Assembly: GCA_000708835.1 (NCBI GenBank)
Contig: DF237104.1
Coordinates: forward strand, 62,001-126,000
Source: Klebsormidium nitens
Taxonomy: Eukaryota; Plantae; Klebsormidiophyceae
DNA length: 64,000 nucleotides
Direction: 5' to 3'
The stretch's first letter is position 1, and each line of letters starts with the position of its first letter. Position numbers and translations under genes: made by a program. A model generated the notes under the pieces. That model saw only the letters and a list, made by a program, of their open reading frames with translations, did no database searches and had not been told where the DNA came from. This document shows, one piece after another, positions 49,387 to 63,000 of this stretch.

Positions 49387-51288
49387 TTGCGGTCGGGGAA
49401 GCTTTCCCGGGGCCCTTCGAAGGCAATCTGCGGGCCCAGCTGTGACCGGGGACGCGCCTCCGGTGGCCTCAACAAAGATGGATAGTATTTAAGCAAGAAA
49501 GCATTTGTCCAGATGGGGGGGAAACTTTTTGCGAGAGGATATAACGATTCGCAGGAGAGATGAGTTGGACTTTTCGCAACCGGGAAGCATAATTTTCAGA
49601 AGCGCGTGCTTCTCGGTCATGGTCGACTTGTCCTATTCTTCCGAGAGGGTGCGTATTTATTTTGACGGCAGCAACTCGTTGTAATAAGGTTGGAGAATAC
49701 GGGCTGCAAGATGAGAAACAAAATCGTAAAGGTGGAAAAGACACGAAGGAATGATCGTCGTCCATAGCAAGGCACACCTTCTCGTCAGTGATATTGTGGC
49801 GAGGGACAGCCAGCGTTTTGTTGATGTAGGAGCGGATATACCGCCTTTATTTCTAGTTCCCGTGTAAACAGCCAGCTCGCGCTCGCTAGCCCGACAAGAA
49901 GAGCTTTTCCTAGGTCGTGCAAAGATCTTACTAATTGTGCTCACTTAGTAAAAGCTGAATATACACGGATCTTTCCATCCAGACACAGACATACATTGTT
50001 CAGACGCTTGAATTCTGTTAGTCTAGGAATTTTGCAAATATCTGCCTCCAGTTTGCGCGCTCGGACCATGACCGCATACCAGAGAACCTCCAGAGAACCT
50101 CCGCTCCCGGCCGTCCTCTTAAACGGCGAATCTGACGTGTATGCACTATCTGTGGACTCCACTTAAGAAGGCTGGGGTCGAATCCGACATCCAAATATGG
50201 CACGATCCGATCATGATCTAGGCGTGCACTGCATGACCCGTTGTGTTTTCAAAAAGACATAAGTTGCAGATTCCGGAAAGGCGAACCATACGTGTGTGCT
50301 GCCGCTCAAACAATCAATCCTTGACGCTTGTCATTCAGGGCATTTCGAACACATGGTCTTTCGCAAAAAGGGTTGTCCCAACGATCGACGCCCGAATTAC
50401 GCACATGTTTTGCGCGTGTTACGGCTTGACGAAGCCGGTTCTCCTATCCACACTGACATGCTCTGATATACATGCGGCCCGCGTATACATTGAATCAAGA
50501 TGCATGATGATCTGACACCGGTACGTCGCGCTTAGGTATGAAATGATACTATCGAGCTGACGGTAGACAACGACGGTAGCTGAGGGCTTCAGAGGGGCGC
50601 GCCGGTACGTGTGCATGTGCATGTGCATGTGTTTTGAGTGTATGAGTAATTAGTTAAGTTTGGGTCGACACGTGTGATCGCAAGTGAATCAGAAACGCAT
50701 AAAACTGAGAAAAATGTGGTTTACCCGGCCTCCGCTGCTCACTGAGGGTTGACAATGATTGCCTGTCAGATAATACTATAAGTTACATATCCGCCGCATG
50801 CTGTATACTACTATAGCGCCTGCGCCTCAACTTTTAGCTCATGCTCTAGCTCTGTCCTGCGCTTAAGCTTTCCTGCAAGTATCCTTACTCTCACGATATG
50901 CGTACTACTACGGTCCGCCGTATTCAATCATCGCTTCTAGAGCATGCTAGCTTAAGCTTTCGAGCTAGTCCTGGATCACCACTACGTACTGCAAAACTCA
51001 TTCTATCAAATTCTCAGCTTATGATCAATAAAGGACTCTTTACTCCACTGCTCAGTCACGTCTCTCGGATGAAGCTATCGCTCGTATCGATGGATCTCTA
51101 ACCACTTAAAGTACCACTTGGAAACTCGACTTCATAGATTAAGGTTTAACTAGCAAAATTGTTGACGCTACCTCCAACTCGCAAGCTCTTGCTGTTCGCC
51201 CTGACAAAGCCAAGTCAGTCCAAAACAGCCGACCAGCGCGCACGGCCACAGCTCGTGGCGCCACTTGGCTCAAAGCAGCTGGCCCATT

Positions 51289-54231
51289 TTAGTTGGCCCT
51301 GATGGAATGTATCCTCCGGAGTGATTTTCCAGCGCTCGTTTTGGGGTCTGCTTCGAGCTCCAAGACGTCGAGACCCCGGACGGCCTTCTTCAGATACTTG
51401 GGATACCTGAGATTGGAGAAAGTCGTCAGCATCGGCCTCAGTTTGGAACTCCAGAAGCCAGGCTTTTGAGGGTTAGAGCTCTGGGTTATCTTAAATTTCG
51501 AGATAACAGCAATCGGTTTGCAGACACCAAGCAGCAGGTGTGGGACTTTGCGCGAGCCAAGTTTCGGAGTACAGAGGAACCAAAGACGGCACTCGTTGCC
51601 TTTGACCTGGTGTTACGTACGATTCTCGGCATCCAGCTTCAAGAGAAATCATTTCCTTTCGGACAAAAGCTAGAGCCCGGACTTTCAGCCGCCCACTCCC
51701 GACTCCAGCACAAACCTTTGGCAAGTTCGCATGCAGTTTTGACTAGCTGATGACCAACTTTGGCTACTTGAAACACGATCGTTCATACGGTCTACAACGG
51801 ACGAACAGAGTTGGATTAGGACAGCAAGAGCGTCCGTTCGGACACAGAATACGCTCGTCCGGACGTCCGGGCACCATACAGCTTACAACGGACAAACAGA
51901 GTTGGATTAGGACAGCAAGAGCGTCCGTTCGGACACAGAACACGCTCACTCGGACGTCCGGGCACTCACCAGAAGTGGTCGAAGAGGAACTTGATGGGCG
52001 CTGGGATGCCCGCGCGAAACTCCTTCTCGACGTAGTCCTTGCCCGCCCACTTGTACATGGAGTGAACGACCCAGGGACCCATCTTGGCGTTCCCGCTCAA
52101 ACCTGCGGCCTTGATAATCTGGTCCACCAGCTGCAACAGCGGTTAAGGAAGGGTTAGAGCGGTCGGGAGAAGATTGGAGGGTTCAGCACAGAATATCTTG
52201 GGCGTTGCCGGTCAAATCTGCGGCCTTGATACTGTGGTCCACCAGCTGCAACAGCAGTTAAAGGAAGGGTTACAGCGGTCGGGGAGAGATTCAGGGTTGT
52301 TGATCATGAGGAAGACTGCTTTAGTAGGGGAAGGTTAGTGGAGGTTTCACGTGGTTGAGGCAGTGATGTATTCAGAGCAGGGAGAACAAGAGGGGCCATT
52401 GTTGCCTATGTTTGTAGGCGTAGATGCAGGAGAGTCTTTCTGGAGATTAAAGTGAGTCCGTTCGTTGAGAAGGCGAGGACTAAAAGCTGCGGTCTTTTTG
52501 CGGAAAAGCCACAGCCGCTGTGCTGTTCAACGCAGGCGGCTTCCCTCATTCCCAATTATATAGTGAGACATCCGAGCGCACCAGTTTTCACCGGCCTCCA
52601 TCAAAATCAATGGAATTGCTGCAGACCCAATTTGGAATATTGACCACTATCGCGAACCCACCTGGTGATGCTCCTCCTTGGTGAACTTCTCCTTGATCAC
52701 CGGCGTGAAGAACCGCTCCTCCTCCGCGATATGCTCCCTCAGTTCCGTAGCCAAGTGGGCGACCTTCTGCCTCAGCTCCTCTGCCACAAGTCGCCTCTCA
52801 CTCAGCGATGGTTCGGGGGCCCCCCGTTTGAGCGGCTTGAAACGCAGCTCCATGGCGCGAATCTCGTCCAGCATTCGGATCAGTTCCTCGTGGTCGGCGG
52901 CCATGCGCTCGGGGATGACGTCACAGCGGGCCTTGACGGCGGGGAAGAAGATGGTCTCCTCGATGTCGTGGTGGTGGTGGACCTGCGGGGTTAGCAATGC
53001 GGGTTAGCAGGTGGTTAACTGGTTGGAGAGGGGGTTGTCACAACACTTGGGTTTGCACACAGCTCTGGTCGTAACATTGAAGCGGAGGGGCTGCAAGAGG
53101 TTGTGGGAAAGCTCAAGTGCTAATGGCCCCAAATCCAGTTAGAAAGGTCACCAATCACCTAAGTACAGTACCAGTCGGCCACCATTCATATGAAGAGAAG
53201 AGATAATTACAAGTGACCATAGAGACGGCGGCAGCAGGTATGCGTTCTGCCCCTCAAAGTATCTCCAAACGAAGCAGAAGCAGATCGAAAGGACAAGCGA
53301 AAGCAGCTCCGAAAGTTCAGATCAAGGAGCTGGTATGCAGCTCACATTGGGGTAGAACCAGTCGTTGTACCACTTGAAGAAGGCCTTGACCTTCCAGGCC
53401 TGGGTTCCGTCAAAGAAGGGCACCTGCAGCAGACGCTCCATGCGCGCCAGGTCGTTGCGGATGGGCTCGTGCGGGGTCTGCAAGCAAACAGAAAAAGGTC
53501 TCATTCAGCTTCCTTGTTGGTAGCGTATGTGCTTTCTGTTTGGATTGCGACGGCCCCCAAAATCGACGGGACCACAACAACTGACGCAATCCGGCTGACC
53601 TTGAGCAAAGGGTGTGCATGCTGCGGTATGAAGGGACTTGAAATGGTTTCCGAAGCACGAGGGTGCTCAAGGAGTGACGCTGAAGCTCCTCAGCTAAGGA
53701 ACCGATCCGCTCATATGCAACCAACATTGTCCTTCAGATTGCTTTCAGGCGTGGGGAATGACCCAATGTCTGCCCACTCAAACCTTTTTGCGGTTTCCGC
53801 TGACAACTGTTCTTTGAAAGCATATGCGGCCAGGCAGATGCACAGGCATCCCGCTTGTTAAAGTCGACCATTCAAGATTGAGTCAAAGCAGCGGACAGAA
53901 TGCTGTCAGACACATGGTGCTAAAGACCAATCCGGTTACAGCAGCTATGTCCAAGTACAGGAAGGATTTGGCTGCTACCCAGGCTGGTTACGCAGACTAA
54001 AGTTTGGTTCATTGTCCAAAACCAGGCCATAACGATGTAAAATCTGTTTACTTCTCGAGTCTGGTCAATGAACATACAACCAGCTTCTAACCAGCCCGCA
54101 ACCGACCATGGCTGATTGCCAAAAAATCATGTGAAACTCACTAGCAGCGATGCGTCTGACCAATGGGTGACAACCGGGATCACAATGGAGGTGGGGCCGA
54201 AAAATGCAGGCACGTCCTTGGGTGGCGCCAT
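51289..54231 (-). CDS. Stand-alone hemerythrin/HHE cation-binding domain protein, paralog A (~274 aa)
   Basis: Exons 54231-54142, 53477-53346, 52982-52662, 52130-51970 and 51406-51289. Protein: MAPPKDVPAFFGPTSIVIPVVTHWSDASLL|TPHEPIRNDLARMERLL...KWYNDWFYPN|VHHHHDIEETIFFP...DHEELIRML...LREHIAEEERFFTP...|LVDQIIKAAGLSGNAKMGPW...|YPKYLKK...*. It has the H..HxxxE..H..HxxxE ligand pattern. Confidence 0.88.
51790..51968 (-). repeat. ~91-bp tandem duplication abutting the exon-4 donor of hemerythrin A
   Basis: aacggac(g/a)aacagagttggattaggacagcaagagcgtccgttcggacacagaa at 51796 and 51887. Confidence 0.9.
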
Positions 54232-54844
54232 TCTTCTGCTGACGAACCCCTAGAACGCTATTAGAACTCCGAGAAGTTGAACACTCCAATGCGGGGATGC
54301 GCGGCAGCTGAATGTAGCTGTTAATGATGTCTGCTTTTTTAGCTGTTGATGCTGCTGGGTGCCGATAATGGGCAGAGCGCAAACTGATACCAAGGATGAG
54401 ACAGTGTTTGTTAAAACCAGAACTGTGAGATGAATGGGTCTTTCATTGGATGCTAGGAACTGGTGAGAAAATCTGGCAGAAGGGGCTACTGTATGTATTG
54501 AGGAAGGAAGAATCTGGTTCACTTAGCGAAGATGGAAGCTTACTTTTATCCAACTTCAGGACATGCGCACATATGATCATCTTTTCAGGCCGGCAGCCCG
54601 AAGAGTCAGGAACGCCTGCCAACCAATGGACTTTGAAGACTTGCTTCCGTGAAATGCCGTTCGCCAGCGGTCGTCATGTGGATCGTGATGATCCCTCGCG
54701 CGGCATTCAAGTTTTGCCAGGTCATGCAACTCAAGTGCGAGTGTCGTCATTGCGGAAAGAGGACAACTGTACGGAAAATAAATTAGGTATGCGACTTTTG
54801 GAAATCATATACAGTTTTGGCAGCTGATCAGAAGAAACATAATT

Positions 54845-55020
54845 CTCAAGAAAGATAATAGTAAGCCAAGATAATAGTAAGCTCCGACTAACACTAAAAA
54901 CCCTAACCTATAAGGAAACACCCGCTCCGCACCCGTACCCACCCTAACCACCACCCTAACCCTACCCGTCACAGTGCGGTTACCTTACAATTATCTGGGC
55001 TTACTATTATTTTTCTTGAG
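54845..55020. mobile_element. MITE-like element, copy 2 (between the hemerythrin genes)
   Basis: TIR ctcaagaaagataatagtaagc / gcttactattatttttcttgag (21/22 match). The interior acactaaaaaccctaac...cacccgctccgcacccgtacccaccctaaccacc is shared with 47971-48133. Confidence 0.8.
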
Positions 55021-56112
55021 TTTCATAGAAACAGCTTGATCGGGATTCAGCTGTTTCTTTGTGACCGGAAGAAGCTTTCAACTTCCAAGGGACCGGTCAC
55101 CGATCTCGACACTTTCGTTCAAATTACTTCTGGATTCAATCATTGCACAAAGCACACCCCAGCTGATGACCAGACTTCAGAGTCTCCGACCACACTGCCG
55201 AATACAGTGTCAATAATTACACTAGGATCAGCAGACGAGTCCTAACACTCACAGCCGCCGGGAAAGAAAGTGCTGCTTCCGCGAAGCCTCCCCAAGAGTC
55301 AAGGCCGAAACACCGAAAAAGAAACCATTGCAGACAGCAGCTCAGATGATTCTAGACAGCTGAGCTATAGAAACTGATAGTGTGAAGCCATGTGGGTTGA
55401 ACATCTTGGGCACCCATTGACACTGGATCTTGAACCGTTGACCCATGCACTGGTCCGCTACTTCTAATGATTGCTCGGCCGGCATCCTTCTCTGTACGGC
55501 ACAGCCAGGCCCTCAAGCTCTTCCGACCCGTCTACTTGCTACAGTTGTCAAACTTTTCAGCGCGACAACTTTGCACAGTTCCCAACACAACGTCTAGCAG
55601 TACGCTCGGGAGGAGGTGCTGACTTCCAAGCGGACGAGTCACGATCACGGACTAGCAGAGCATTTACTTTTCAATGTGAGATGATTGCGCATCCTTCTAA
55701 GTTCTAGGCTATTCATGCAGTCGGCTAGCTTTTGCCCCGCTCCTTCCCCGGTCACTGCCCGCTGTCATCTTCATCGTATGAGCTACGGTAGGGGATAGGT
55801 AGCTGTCGCATTGGGTCCACGTACTTCTGGCTCTCTGTCCTCTAGCACATCATAAAAGGCTCCGGCTCTTGTGCCAGTCTGCAAACAAACTGAGCTCCGT
55901 AGGTACGTCTCCTCGAACTCTAACCCAAAGCCCGTAAACGTCCTTCCTCTCCCTTCACTCTCTCCAGAATAAGCTTCAAAAGGCAAGTGTCTTCGCTCGG
56001 CTCTCAGCAACCTCGGCATCCCGGGGGCTTCCCGCATTCAGCCTGAGCAAAGCTAATTCCACTCCCTGAAACCAATCCTCGACCCAGGCTTTCAAAGCAC
56101 CGCTCGAAAAGG

Positions 56113-58750
56113 ATGGCGCCCCCCAAGGACGTGCCTGCGTTCGCTGGGCCCACCTCCACGGTGATCCCAGCCGTCAACCATTGGTCAGACGGGTCGTTGC
56201 TGGTAAGTTGGGCGCATCTGTGATGCCAGCTGCTTATAGTAGCTTGTCTGAAAAAGGCAATTTAGGATGCTACGATTGGTTGCATTCTTATCATTGCGCA
56301 CAGGTTCCTGTCGCTGGTATGACCTGCCTTGGGTAGCTCGCAAAGTTTGTTAAGCCTGGACCTGCCCAACTATGTGTTGAGCCTGAATCGCGTATGAGTC
56401 TATACATTTTCGAAACTGTTTGGTCTATTTAACAACAGCTCAAATGATCTTGCAGGTTGCTTAGCAGTCCCCCAAAAAACGAACACTTAAAGAAAGAGAT
56501 GGACTCCGATCAGGGTTCCCTGCTGCCTTTAAAATAGTAAGCAATTCAAAAGACTTGACCAGGAAGCTTACAGAAAGGCGTCTCTTGCAGGCCCCGCACG
56601 AGCCCATTCGCCACGACCTGGCGCGCATGGAGCGTCTGCTGCAGGCGCCCTTCTTTGATGGGACTCAGCCCTGGAAGGTCGCGGCCTTCTTCAAGTGGTA
56701 CAACGACTGGTTCTACTTTAATGTGAGAGCCCCCTTGGAGCTCATTTGTACTATTGAAGAGCTTCATGACTTCGCTTTGGCTCCTCTCATGCAAGCAGAA
56801 CAGGTTGCTTAGACTCTTAATGAGCCTCCGTTCTGGCCTGGTGTTTGAAACGATATTCATCAAACAGCAGCTTCGTCTATGGAGTAAAAGATAAAGGGCA
56901 GCTCAAAAATTGGCTGTCCCTTGATTGAAGTGTGCGGCAGTAGTTCTCAGCATGTCAATGGTGAGTCAATTTTAGAAAGACGTTTTTCAAACTCCAATAT
57001 CATGAAGACTGATCTGGCACGTGCGAGTATTGCTCACTCCCAGCACATACTTATAGTCAGTGACTTGACTCTGGTTAACTTTCTCCGAAACTGATGGAGT
57101 TCCAAGATCATTGCCACCCCAACCTCTTCACAGCCACCTTCTTAAACCGATATAGCTTCACTCGAGAACGTTACTCAAGCTAATCCCAGCCGGTACCCTG
57201 CTGACGTCCCATACTGCTAACCCCACAGGTCCACCACCACCACGACATCGAGGAGACCATCTTCTTCCCCGCCGTCAAGGCCCGTTGTGACGTCATCCCC
57301 GAGCGCATGGCCGCCGACCACGAGGGGCTTCTTCACATGCTGGACGAAATCCGGTCCATGGAAGCGCGTTTCAAGCCGCTCTCTTGCGGCGCCCCGGCAC
57401 CGTCACCCTCTGAGAGGCGACTTGCAGCAGAGGAGCTGCGGCAGAAGGTCGCCCACATGGCCGCGGAACTGCGGGAGCATATCGCGGAGGAGGAGCGGTT
57501 TTTCACACCCGTGATCAGGGAGAAGTTCACCAAGGAGGAGCATCAACAGGTAAGGAGCTTTGGTGGAGCCAAGGAATTGTGCCATTTCGAAGGAATTGAA
57601 TGTGAGGACTGGAATCTGAGAGTGCTGCTTGAACGATCGCCCTTCTGCCCATGTCCCTTGGACCACGTTCTAACCTAATCAGCACCCTCCAAAGTACTGG
57701 AGGGCTTCTCCCGAGCACTTCAAATACTCCTTCAATTCAACCTTTGCCTCAACCCCTTCGCAATTCACTCTGAGCATTGCCTTGTCGCCGCGGCAACTGA
57801 TCATCCTGGGCAAGAACCCCTCAATAACCCTCTCAACCTTCCCCCGACCGCTCCAACCCTCGTTTCTTAACCGCTGTTCCAGCTGGTGGGCCGGATCCTC
57901 CAGGCGGCGGGCCTGGGCGGAAACCTCCAACAATTTGATGTCCTTAACCCTCTCAACCTCCTCTAAAACTAGTTTATTAACCGCTGTTCCAGCTGGTGGC
58001 CCGGATCATTCAGGCGGCGGGCCTGAGCGGAAACGCCAAGTTGTGCCCTTGGATCGTCCACGCCATGTACCGCTGGGCGGGCAAAGACTACGTCGAGAAG
58101 GAGATGCGGGCGACCATGCCCCTGCCCATCAGATTCCTCCTCGACTACTTCTGGTGAGTGCACGAGCGTCCGAATCTACGTGCTTGGCGTCCGAACGCGC
58201 AATGGAACTGTCCGCATCAGCGTGCTTGGCGTCCGACTGTGCGGTTGGACTGTCCGAGGAGCTTTCTGTCCGAATGCACGCGTGTGGAAGCGAGGCCGAA
58301 CGTGCGAGGGACTTGTTAGCCAGGATGATAGATCTCCAACTGCTCTGTGAACTTGCCCGCTGTGTGTTCCAACATTTTTGCCAGCTGGCAAATCGGGGTG
58401 CTGCACTTCTTGCTCATTGAGTCCTGCAACATCAAAGTCGTCTCCTCACGCGAAAAGATACTTCGAAAGTCTGCGTTCACATGCTGCTTTTGCCTGGTTT
58501 GCAGTTCCACCAGCCACTTACACGGTGAAGTCTCCTGTCTTACTCATCAATCTTCCCACCGTATTCTCGAGGGGGGAACACGACGCACATGGGTAGCTCA
58601 AGAGGGACTGATCCGTTGTGCACCTTCTACAGGTATCCCAAGTATTTGAAGCAGGGCGTGGCGGGCCTGGACGTCTTGGAGTTCGAAGCGGACCCGAGCA
58701 CGAGTGCCGGCAAGTCGCTCAAGAGAATCCACTCCCTGAAGGCGAACTAG
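56113..58750 (+). CDS. Stand-alone hemerythrin/HHE cation-binding domain protein, paralog B (~274 aa)
   Basis: Exons 56113-56202, 56591-56722, 57229-57549, 57993-58153 and 58633-58750 have the same lengths as in paralog A (90, 132, 321, 161, 118). Motifs APHEPIRHDL, VHHHHDIEETIFFP, DHEGLLHML, LREHIAEEE. Confidence 0.88.
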
Positions 58751-60092
58751 GTTGAGGGCGCACCGTCTGAGCTACGTGGTGCTGCGAGCTCGTGGGCACG
58801 TGCTAGCATTATATTGTGATTATTTTGATTATTTTGATTACTATGATTATTTTATTATTAGTATCCGGCCAGGATGATAAATCCTGGTGGGCATTCAATG
58901 TTTTCGCGTAGGAGACCGCATGACCCGCATGCGGCGCTTGATTCCAAACCTTGAAATAATGGCAGATTGACGAATTTACGAAGCGTAGGTATATGTTATT
59001 TGATTTGTGGAGTAGGTAGATTAGATGTAAGGGTGCCATGGGCATGGCCGGCGGCCGCGGGTTATCTATAGGGACATAGTAACGGTCAATCGGTCCTTCT
59101 ACGCAAATCTCATAGGCTCTAGCTGATTATAAAAGAGTTCATAAGATACAAGGTGCACAAACTCACATGCGATATTTTATACGCGTTCACTATGCACGTG
59201 GCTTTCGTGTATGCTATTTCAGAGATTACCATGCAAATTGGCCATGCATGCTATAATCATGCACCTCAGCAACGACGATCAGCCGACACCATCTTCCATG
59301 CACAATGGACGCGCATGTACTTGATCCTGGCACATCTATCTTATAGCTTGAGCGAAGCTTATCCGATATGTGACAAGCACGCATAAATGACGGGCAAATA
59401 TACGTACGTGGCATGCAAAAGATGAGGGCCGATCGCAGACATCCCATCTGGCTTATTGCCATGCATAAGTACGTACTTGATCTGACGGCAGGGGCCGCTC
59501 AGCAGCTTTTAGACGCGGATGAATGCATATATACAGCCCGAGCATGCATGTGGATTATGCGACTTGGGTCGGAGGTTGGACGATTCTCAACCCGTGTAAA
59601 GATCGGTGCAGCTTGCAAGCACTGCAGCTAGACGTACAGACCTGCAAGCTTGCAGTCTGTATTCGCATCCTCAGATCGATTCAGGCTGAATGCCGGTTGA
59701 AGAGGAACGCGGCACTGAGCTGGCCGATGTACTGGACAAGCCGTCTTGAATGACTTTACCAACGGAACCCGTAGGAACCTCTGTGCTGTGTTACCAAAAA
59801 GCTCCTCAAAGAGCGACCTCACGATCAGTTCGCTTTTGTTGCCAAACCGGACGGCCCTGACAGGACACAGCAAGTGGCAAGAATTCAAATCCGATCATCA
59901 CCGCAAAGTAATGTAGCTCACGATTTGATAGACTACGTTACAAAACGTACTCAGCACATCGCTGTCCTAGCTTCTCTGCAATGTATCATACCGCTACGCA
60001 GTTGACTCGTCCGCGCAATGCCGCCTAAACGCACTGAGAGCTGACGTCACGGGAGCCGTTCGCCCCCGATTGTCAGCGGGTTTCTCATATAG

Positions 60093-63000
60093 TTACGTGC
60101 CCTCGACTCGGATGTTCAAAAACAGCTCAATTCGACGTCCGAGTATTTCACCGAGCTCCTCCCGAGCCCCCAGAGTAATCTGCCTGCACGTCAGCAATCA
60201 AACCGGCGGTCAGGCCCGCTGGTTTACGAAGAAACTGACTGAGCTTCTGTTCGCCGTTTAACCTTCGTTCTGGGACCATGTCGTCCTAAAAAGGTCCGGA
60301 CTAAATAAGACGACAAGCCGACTGTTCCGCGAAAAAAGGTGAACGGAAAGGTAAGCGCAGAAAGGGACGGGGCGCAAACGGCTTGGTGTTTCGATCAAAT
60401 CCCTCGCTTGACTTATCGTGGAAACGGCTGGTCGCCATCAAAGGTGTCGCTCTGTGGTATCTCGAACAAAAGGTACGCAAGTCTCGGCGACGAACGATGT
60501 ACGTTCAGAGGACCAAACAAGGGCTCCAATTGACAACCTGAACTGAGGAAAAGAAAAGGGCGGTGCATTGAGGAGAGACCGACACAAGGAGGACAGTCGA
60601 GAGGGTCACAAAAAGAGAAGGAAGATAGCACCAGAACCCAAAAATCAACCGATGCCCCCCGGAAGGTTCATTTCATTGGAGCCCCCCCGCCCGCCAAGAT
60701 CGACTCGATCTTCCTCCTCTTGATCATCAATCTCTCAAGCGGAAACAAACTTTGATTTCAGACAAACAGGGAGGTAAGCGGACCCAAAAAGTCGCTCCTC
60801 GATGCCACCCCCTCTGCCCGCCGCCATTACTCTCCGACTTTATCGCAGAAAGCAAAGACACCTCCACACCGCAAGCACGTCTAGCGATCAGTGACGCAAC
60901 CGGAGACTTGCTGTATTGCAGCCCCCCCCTTTGCCCACCTCCATCGCTTCGATCTTCTTCCGGTCCACGATCCGTCCCCAAAGAAAGGAATTGAACGCTT
61001 ATATTAGCGTACTGACAATTCGCGACCCCTCCTGAGCCCTTCATCGCCCTCATTTTCCTCCTTTGTCACACTTACTCCCCCCCGTTCTTAAACCGTTCTA
61101 CAACCGTCTAGACAAACGGTAAAGCAACCAAAGTGAGCAGCAACCAGAGACTTACTTTATTGTAGCCCCCTTCTTGCCGACCACCATCGCTTTGATCTTC
61201 TTCCGGTCGACGATCAGGTCCTGCCGGATCTCCAGCACGCCGTCACCGGATTCCGCCCAACCCACCGGCTTAACCACCACCTGGTACAAGAAGTGGTTCA
61301 CTTTACTTTCTTAAACAATTGTACGTAAACACCCCATTTTAGCGTGGTTTCCCGTTCCTTCCCGTGTTTACGGTCAGAATGCGTATCTCTGCAATTCCTC
61401 GGGTTATCTGTCCCTGCCGGGAGGGGCTCGATGCTCATCATATGCTGTTTCCGTCAAACTTGCCATCGAACTTCCAAATGGCTCCTGATCTTAGACCTTA
61501 CGAAGCCTAGTCACTGCCATCCTTCGGCTCAAAATTGCGGACCACAACTCAGAACTTGCAAAACTGCAGTGGCAGGTTTGACGCGTACAGCTGAAGCAAC
61601 AGCAGGGGTAGGATTGCCAGCCTGGGATGGTAGGGTTGGTTCGGGTTCAGGTTCGGTACGGGTGCGGAGCAGGTGACTTCATAAGTTAGGTATCGGGCCT
61701 ACACTTATTTTAAGAGTCATTAGAAGTCATATAAACCTGAATTTGCGACGACTTACCTTGTACGGAATCTCTTTGTGCAGCCGGTCCAGCAGGTGCTGCC
61801 GGACGATGTCCATCGCGCGCTGCTCGTCCGAAAGGTCCGTCGGACGGCCCTCGGGCAGCTCCCAGGGCCGCAGCACGGCCTGCAGGCAAGAAAAGATTCT
61901 TATCAATCATTAAGAACAGAGAGCATCATTGCCATATGAATGTACTGATGTCATTGGATCTTTAACAGTCCATTTCGTAATTCTGGATCTGGGAGCTCTA
62001 TCTAAGGAGTACCATTTCGACATCATAACGTGCTTTCTCATTCAAGATTTGATGTTTGAGTTTGCAACCCTCCTCTTTTCCTTCTGCTTTATGTTCAGCA
62101 GGATAACCGAGGGTGTGCTTTCCGTTCGATTATGTAACTCCGCGAAGCGGTTGAAAAAAGTCGCGTGACCCTTCCGCTCGTCTCTGGACGCAAAGAGACC
62201 GCACTGTCTCTAACAGCAGCGATTCTGAGGCACAGCAAGTTGCAAAACGAGCAACTTTACTGGAAACCCTTTGCGTCCCTCAAAAGCTGGCACGTACGGA
62301 TACCTCTCAAGGAAACGAGAAGCCATCCCTACGTCCGAGTAAAGTCAGGAATGCTCCTTGAAGCGACTGTCGTATGCTTCCAGACAAGCAACTCACGTTC
62401 TTTCGGAGGTAGCGGTACAGCTGCTTGAGCCCCAGCCCGCGCTTCCCTGACGTCACGAAGCACCTGCACAAAGAGTGGTACACGTCAGCAAACCTCCCCC
62501 AATCTTTCCTTTTCTTCGGGTGAATTCGCCGATCCGATCCGATCCGATCGCCGGCCGAGCTTACGTATGATCGAACAGCAACTCTCACAAACGGCTTACT
62601 ATAAACTCGCCTTAACCCACTCTCACCGTCCTTCGACTGCTACCAAAAGTCAATTCACCTCACTGCATCATAGCCCTACCTCGTCCCAACCCTCCCCTTA
62701 ACTTCGTTCGTGACCAATTTGCTTTTAGCCTGTTAAACAAGTGCAGCGTCATCAAAGCTCGCGCAGCTCCTCCACTTCGGACAGTCCGCACCGGACGACG
62801 TTTCGTCTTAAGCCTCAGCCTGAATTCGCCTCACAACCTTCCCCTAATCGCGGCCATAACCGCCCTGCTTACCTGTCAAAGGCGTGCAGCGCCGTCAAAA
62901 GCTCGCGCAGCTTCCAGTCTCCGACGGTCCGCACATCCCGTGTCGTCCACCTAACCGGTTTGCAAACCTCACCCAAACTTTGTTTTTAAACCTCAACGTC

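Noticed and set aside
49460-49950. Minus-strand open frames downstream of the protease as a decayed transposase
   Set aside because: No catalytic or family motif recognisable; broken frames.
52131-52150. TTCCTTAAC (U12-type branch site) near the hemerythrin A exon-4 acceptor; also GTATCCTTT on the minus strand at ~8497-8506
   Set aside because: That intron's donor is GTGGGT (U2-type) and paralog B lacks the motif; the 8.5-kb match is not within a gene I can model.
11180-58750. Amidase + protease + hemerythrins as a functional gene cluster
   Set aside because: They are interspersed with housekeeping genes (RAPTOR, TFIIA, KCP2, Era) with no shared pathway logic visible; only the hemerythrin pair is demonstrably linked, by duplication.
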